A DNA stretch of 64,000 nucleotides from Xylographa opegraphella (lineage: Eukaryota), in assembly GCA_022813865.1 (NCBI GenBank), contig JALDZX010000015.1:372001-436000 (forward strand). Direction: 5' to 3'. Shown piece by piece: positions 62,564-64,000 of the stretch. Below the pieces are notes generated by a model. That model did not search any database. It saw only the letters and a program-made list of their open reading frames with translations, and had not been told where the DNA came from. Each line of letters opens with the position of its first letter. Position 1 is the first letter of the stretch. The translations under genes and the position numbers were made by a program.

Positions 62564-63742
62564 CTACCACCCATATTTACTTCCCGCTTCTTTCTTATTC
62601 CGCCTCCCGCTGGCAAAATGTTCCTCAAGTGCCTCCTTCTGGGTACTTGCTGCATTGATCAACTGCTTCAGGCTGTGCTTACCAGCAGCCAGTGCTCGGA
62701 CTGGGTTGTGCTGGACCTGCTCGCCGGCCTGACGGAGGAGCTCGTTGGCAGCGTATTCTTGATCGGTGTTGAAGTTCACTACATTAATGGCTGAGGCTTC
62801 GCCTTTGCCATTACTTCGTTGGCGACCGAAAAGCTGGCGCCTAGCAGAGGCCGAGAGGTTGAGGTCAGAAGCTATCGATGAGAGAGACTGGGGCCCTGTG
62901 TTCGCTGAAGCTGTAGAGGCGGTATCAACAGTGATGTTTTCTGATACATTCGTAGAACCGCCTCCGCTATTGTCGTTGTTCAATGCGCTACCGTGGTGGT
63001 TTGTGCTTGGTGGTTGATACAATAGCGGCTCATATTCACCACTCGGTACTCCAGGAGATATATCCTCCTTTTCTGCAACTCCTATTGAGAAAAGCGATAG
63101 CTTCGGAACGGCTTGAGGTTGCGGTGGAGGCTCAGGTGTTGCCGCGGATGGGACGACCTGTGCATTAGCAGTAACCTTTTTCTTCTTCTGCGGCTTCCTG
63201 GCGACGGAGAGGGGCTTGAACATCATAGAATTTCCTATTTTCTTTGACTCCTGTGTTGGTGGGTCTAATGATCTTGCTGTAGCGGAAGTTAGTTGAGGAT
63301 CTGGTAGTGCAAGCCCTTCGCCCTCATTCGTTTCGTCCTCGTCGTGCGCCTCTGGGGTCGGCATTGGCTCCCTGCTAAATCCAGGTGTTGCACCCGTTTT
63401 GAGGTTGACTCCACTTCCCAATCCACCTTTTCTGGCTCCAGTACCACTGCCGCCACTGACAGGTGCTGCCCGTTTCGGCGCCGGAAGCATCGAGTTGAAT
63501 CCACTGATTCCTCCGGCGCCAAGCTTGGCTCTTTTAGCAGGCGGCTTATCCTCATCATGATCCTCTTCGGTATCCATTCTTGAAGCTTCTGGTAGGGTGA
63601 CTTTGATCTTGTGTGGATTCGAGCGATCAATGACTTTTGGAAAGGCGGGTTTACTGGATGTGCCTGCTTTGGGGGCTGGTTTTGAGACCGGCTTTATCTC
63701 TTCACCCGAGTCCTCCGAATCTGAATAGCCTACAAGAGCCAT
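62564..63742 (-). CDS. PRCC-family protein (MAD2B-interacting / spliceosome-associated)
   Basis: N-terminal MALVGYSDSE, LPAPK motif, C-terminal GKHSLKQL...ALEEHFASGRRNKKEAGSKYGW, typical of the PRCC C-terminal domain. Confidence 0.88.
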   Translation of the reverse strand: MALVGYSDSEDSGEEIKPVSKPAPKAGTSSKPAFPKVIDRSNPHKIKVTLPEASRMDTEEDHDEDKPPAKRAKLGAGGISGFNSMLPAPKRAAPVSGGSGTGARKGGLGSGVNLKTGATPGFSREPMPTPEAHDEDETNEGEGLALPDPQLTSATARSLDPPTQESKKIGNSMMFKPLSVARKPQKKKKVTANAQVVPSAATPEPPPQPQAVPKLSLFSIGVAEKEDISPGVPSGEYEPLLYQPPSTNHHGSALNNDNSGGGSTNVSENITVDTASTASANTGPQSLSSIASDLNLSASARRQLFGRQRSNGKGEASAINVVNFNTDQEYAANELLRQAGEQVQHNPVRALAAGKHSLKQLINAASTQKEALEEHFASGRRNKKEAGSKYGW

Positions 63743-64000
63743 TTCCGGGAATGATGTGACGGTCAGGAGCAGTTTCTACCGTGCGAAGTCTGAGCTCAGA
63801 CTTTCGTAACTAACATTACGAAGTAGATGTATCACACGCGTTAAACGTCTAACGCCCCCAGTAGTTCCGCCTATCCTGACATCACTTAAACGGCCAACAG
63901 CTAGTCTCGCTTCCAGAGGTCAAGACTGGCGTGTCGCTACGTTCATGCATTCTGAGATATACCCTGCTACACGCAACTCCAAATGGGCTGGATACAGCAA

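Overview
Gene-dense nuclear DNA of a filamentous ascomycete (Pezizomycotina; short GT-AG introns with CTRAY branch points; finer taxonomy not determined). I read about 18 protein-coding genes. Housekeeping genes: URA7, PDA1, HAT1, a CLC channel, a SAK1/Ssp1-type kinase, ATX2/ZIP9, midasin (MDN1, ~4.9 kaa), a PRCC-like gene and a RING/RS-domain protein. Others: a SAM methyltransferase-like gene, a small membrane protein, a Say1-like hydrolase, an OCH1-like GT32 and an orphan ORF. At 30.3-35.7 kb is a Zn2Cys6 activator plus AROM-derived repressor pair that I call gaaR-gaaX; three CCNCCAA (GARE) sites lie upstream of the repressor. The 17.6-30.3 kb segment looks accessory, with gene relics and a TpA-rich (RIP-like) fragment. 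It also holds the best novel-system candidate: a divergent amino-acid permease placed head-to-head with an uncharacterised ~850-aa protein (helical N-domain plus beta-propeller). From memory the propeller resembles yeast Ptr3, suggesting an SPS-like permease/adaptor sensing module; this is an untested inference. Other oddities: two GC-AG introns with the same AG/GCGAGT donor, four AAG acceptors, a 429-codon frame broken only by TGA codons, and abrupt GC-rich 3' gene ends. I found no rRNA, tRNA, CRISPR or intact transposon. Gene models were spliced by eye and family calls are from motif recognition, not database searches.
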